Shown piece by piece: positions 5,235-6,285 of a DNA stretch of 6,285 nt. A program made the translations under genes and the position numbers. The DNA is from a virus. Its lineage: Duplodnaviria > Heunggongvirae > Uroviricota > Caudoviricetes. Position 1 is the first letter of the stretch. Each line of letters opens with the position of its first letter. The stretch covers positions 1 through 6,285 of IMG/VR virus record IMGVR_UViG_2778261122_000006; one strand, given 5' to 3'. The notes under the pieces are model-generated. The model made no database searches, was not told the DNA's origin, and worked only from the letters and a program-made list of their open reading frames with translations.

Positions 5235-6285
5235 GCGCCGGGATTTACCCCCTAACCTTTATATAAGAAACAATGGATATTACTGCTACAGGGACCCAAG
5301 GACGGGTAAAGAGTTCGGATTAGGCAGAGACAGAAGGATAGCAGTTTCAGAGGCTATTCAGGCCAATATTGAGTTGCTATCTGAGAACAGGCGTGAGTCA
5401 CTGATAGACAGGATTAAAGGCGCTGACGCAATCACTCTTCATGTGTGGCTTGACCGATATGAAACAATTCTCAGCGAGAGGGGCATCAGACCGAAAACTC
5501 TACTCGACTACGCCAGCAAAATCAGGGCAATCCGAAGAAAATTGCCGGACAAACCGCTCACTGACATATCAACGAAAGAGGTGGCTGCAATGCTAAACAC
5601 CTACGTAGCAGAAGGTAAAGCGGCTTCCGCAAAATTAATCAGGTCAACCCTTGTTGACGTTTTTCGTGAGGCAATAGCCGAGGGGCATGTGGCAACGAAT
5701 CCGGTAACAGCAACCCGCACAGCAAAATCAGAAGTAAGGCGTTCAAGACTGACAGCTAATGAATATGTCGCGATTTACCATGCAGCCGAACCGCTCCCAA
5801 TCTGGCTGAGGCTGGCAATGGATTTGGCTGTCGTTACAGGGCAGAGAGTAGGCGATTTATGCAGAATGAAATGGTCAGACATAAACGACAACCATCTTCA
5901 CATTGAGCAGGGTAAAACAGGGGCTAAGCTCGCCATTCCGCTGATGCTAACGATTGACGCGCTCAATATCTCATTGGCTGATACACTACAGAAATGCAGG
6001 GAGGCCAGCGGCAGTGAAACTATAATCGCATCAAAGCATCACGATCCGCTTTCCCCGAAAACAGTATCGAAGTATTTTACAAAGGCGAGAAATGCATCTG
6101 GACTCTCATTTGATGGAGACCCGCCAACATTCCATGAACTGCGTAGCCTGTCAGCGAGGCTATACCGAAACCAGATTGGCGATAAGTTTGCTCAACGTCT
6201 TCTCGGGCATAAATCAGATTCAATGGCGGCGCGGTATAGGGACAGCCGTGGACGGGAATGGGACAAAATTGAAATCGACAAATGA
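5212..6285 (+). CDS. int: Lambda-family tyrosine integrase Int (357 aa)
   Basis: ORF-track ORF MGRRRSHERRDLPPNLYIRNNGYYCYRDPRTGKEFGLGRDRR... with the lambda Int arm-binding N-terminus. Catalytic-motif contexts are present: GQRVGDLC (Arg), HELRSLSARLY (His/Arg), LLGHKSDSMAARYRD (His and the Tyr nucleophile). Stop is the last codon of the window. Confidence 0.97.
   Translation: MGRRRSHERRDLPPNLYIRNNGYYCYRDPRTGKEFGLGRDRRIAVSEAIQANIELLSENRRESLIDRIKGADAITLHVWLDRYETILSERGIRPKTLLDYASKIRAIRRKLPDKPLTDISTKEVAAMLNTYVAEGKAASAKLIRSTLVDVFREAIAEGHVATNPVTATRTAKSEVRRSRLTANEYVAIYHAAEPLPIWLRLAMDLAVVTGQRVGDLCRMKWSDINDNHLHIEQGKTGAKLAIPLMLTIDALNISLADTLQKCREASGSETIIASKHHDPLSPKTVSKYFTKARNASGLSFDGDPPTFHELRSLSARLYRNQIGDKFAQRLLGHKSDSMAARYRDSRGREWDKIEIDK

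Noticed and set aside
1-6285. attP core or arm-type Int sites, CRISPR repeats, tRNA/rRNA genes, IS elements, Chi sites (GCTGGTGG)
   Set aside because: Searched by eye on both strands and none found. attP is expected just downstream of the int stop, beyond the window end.

Overview
This window is the distal part of the early-left (pL) operon of a lambda-like (lambdoid) phage or prophage, read in the direction of pL transcription and ending exactly at the integrase stop codon. Positions 1-2901 are a near-canonical lambda recombination/regulation block on the + strand: ea10, cIII, kil, gam, bet, exo and two small exo-distal ORFs (orf60a-like, orf63-like). Positions ~2900-5000 are a variable accessory module: a 71-aa hypothetical, a 73-aa TraR/DksA-type C4 zinc-finger protein, a strongly AT-rich segment carrying a reverse-strand three-helix membrane protein, and a 114-aa hypothetical. 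Positions 5016-6285 are xis and a lambda-family tyrosine integrase, preceded by a hairpin terminator and a TTGC-N6-TTGC CII-type site (pI-like). attP would lie just beyond the window end. The best candidate for a new accessory function is the AT-rich, convergently oriented membrane-protein gene (3724-4302) with the adjacent 114-aa gene; a superinfection-exclusion or defence role is inference only. A second notable point is that the long (GamL) form of gam is frame-disrupted, leaving only the 98-aa GamS frame. All homology statements rest on recognition of the translated proteins from memory; no database search was possible.
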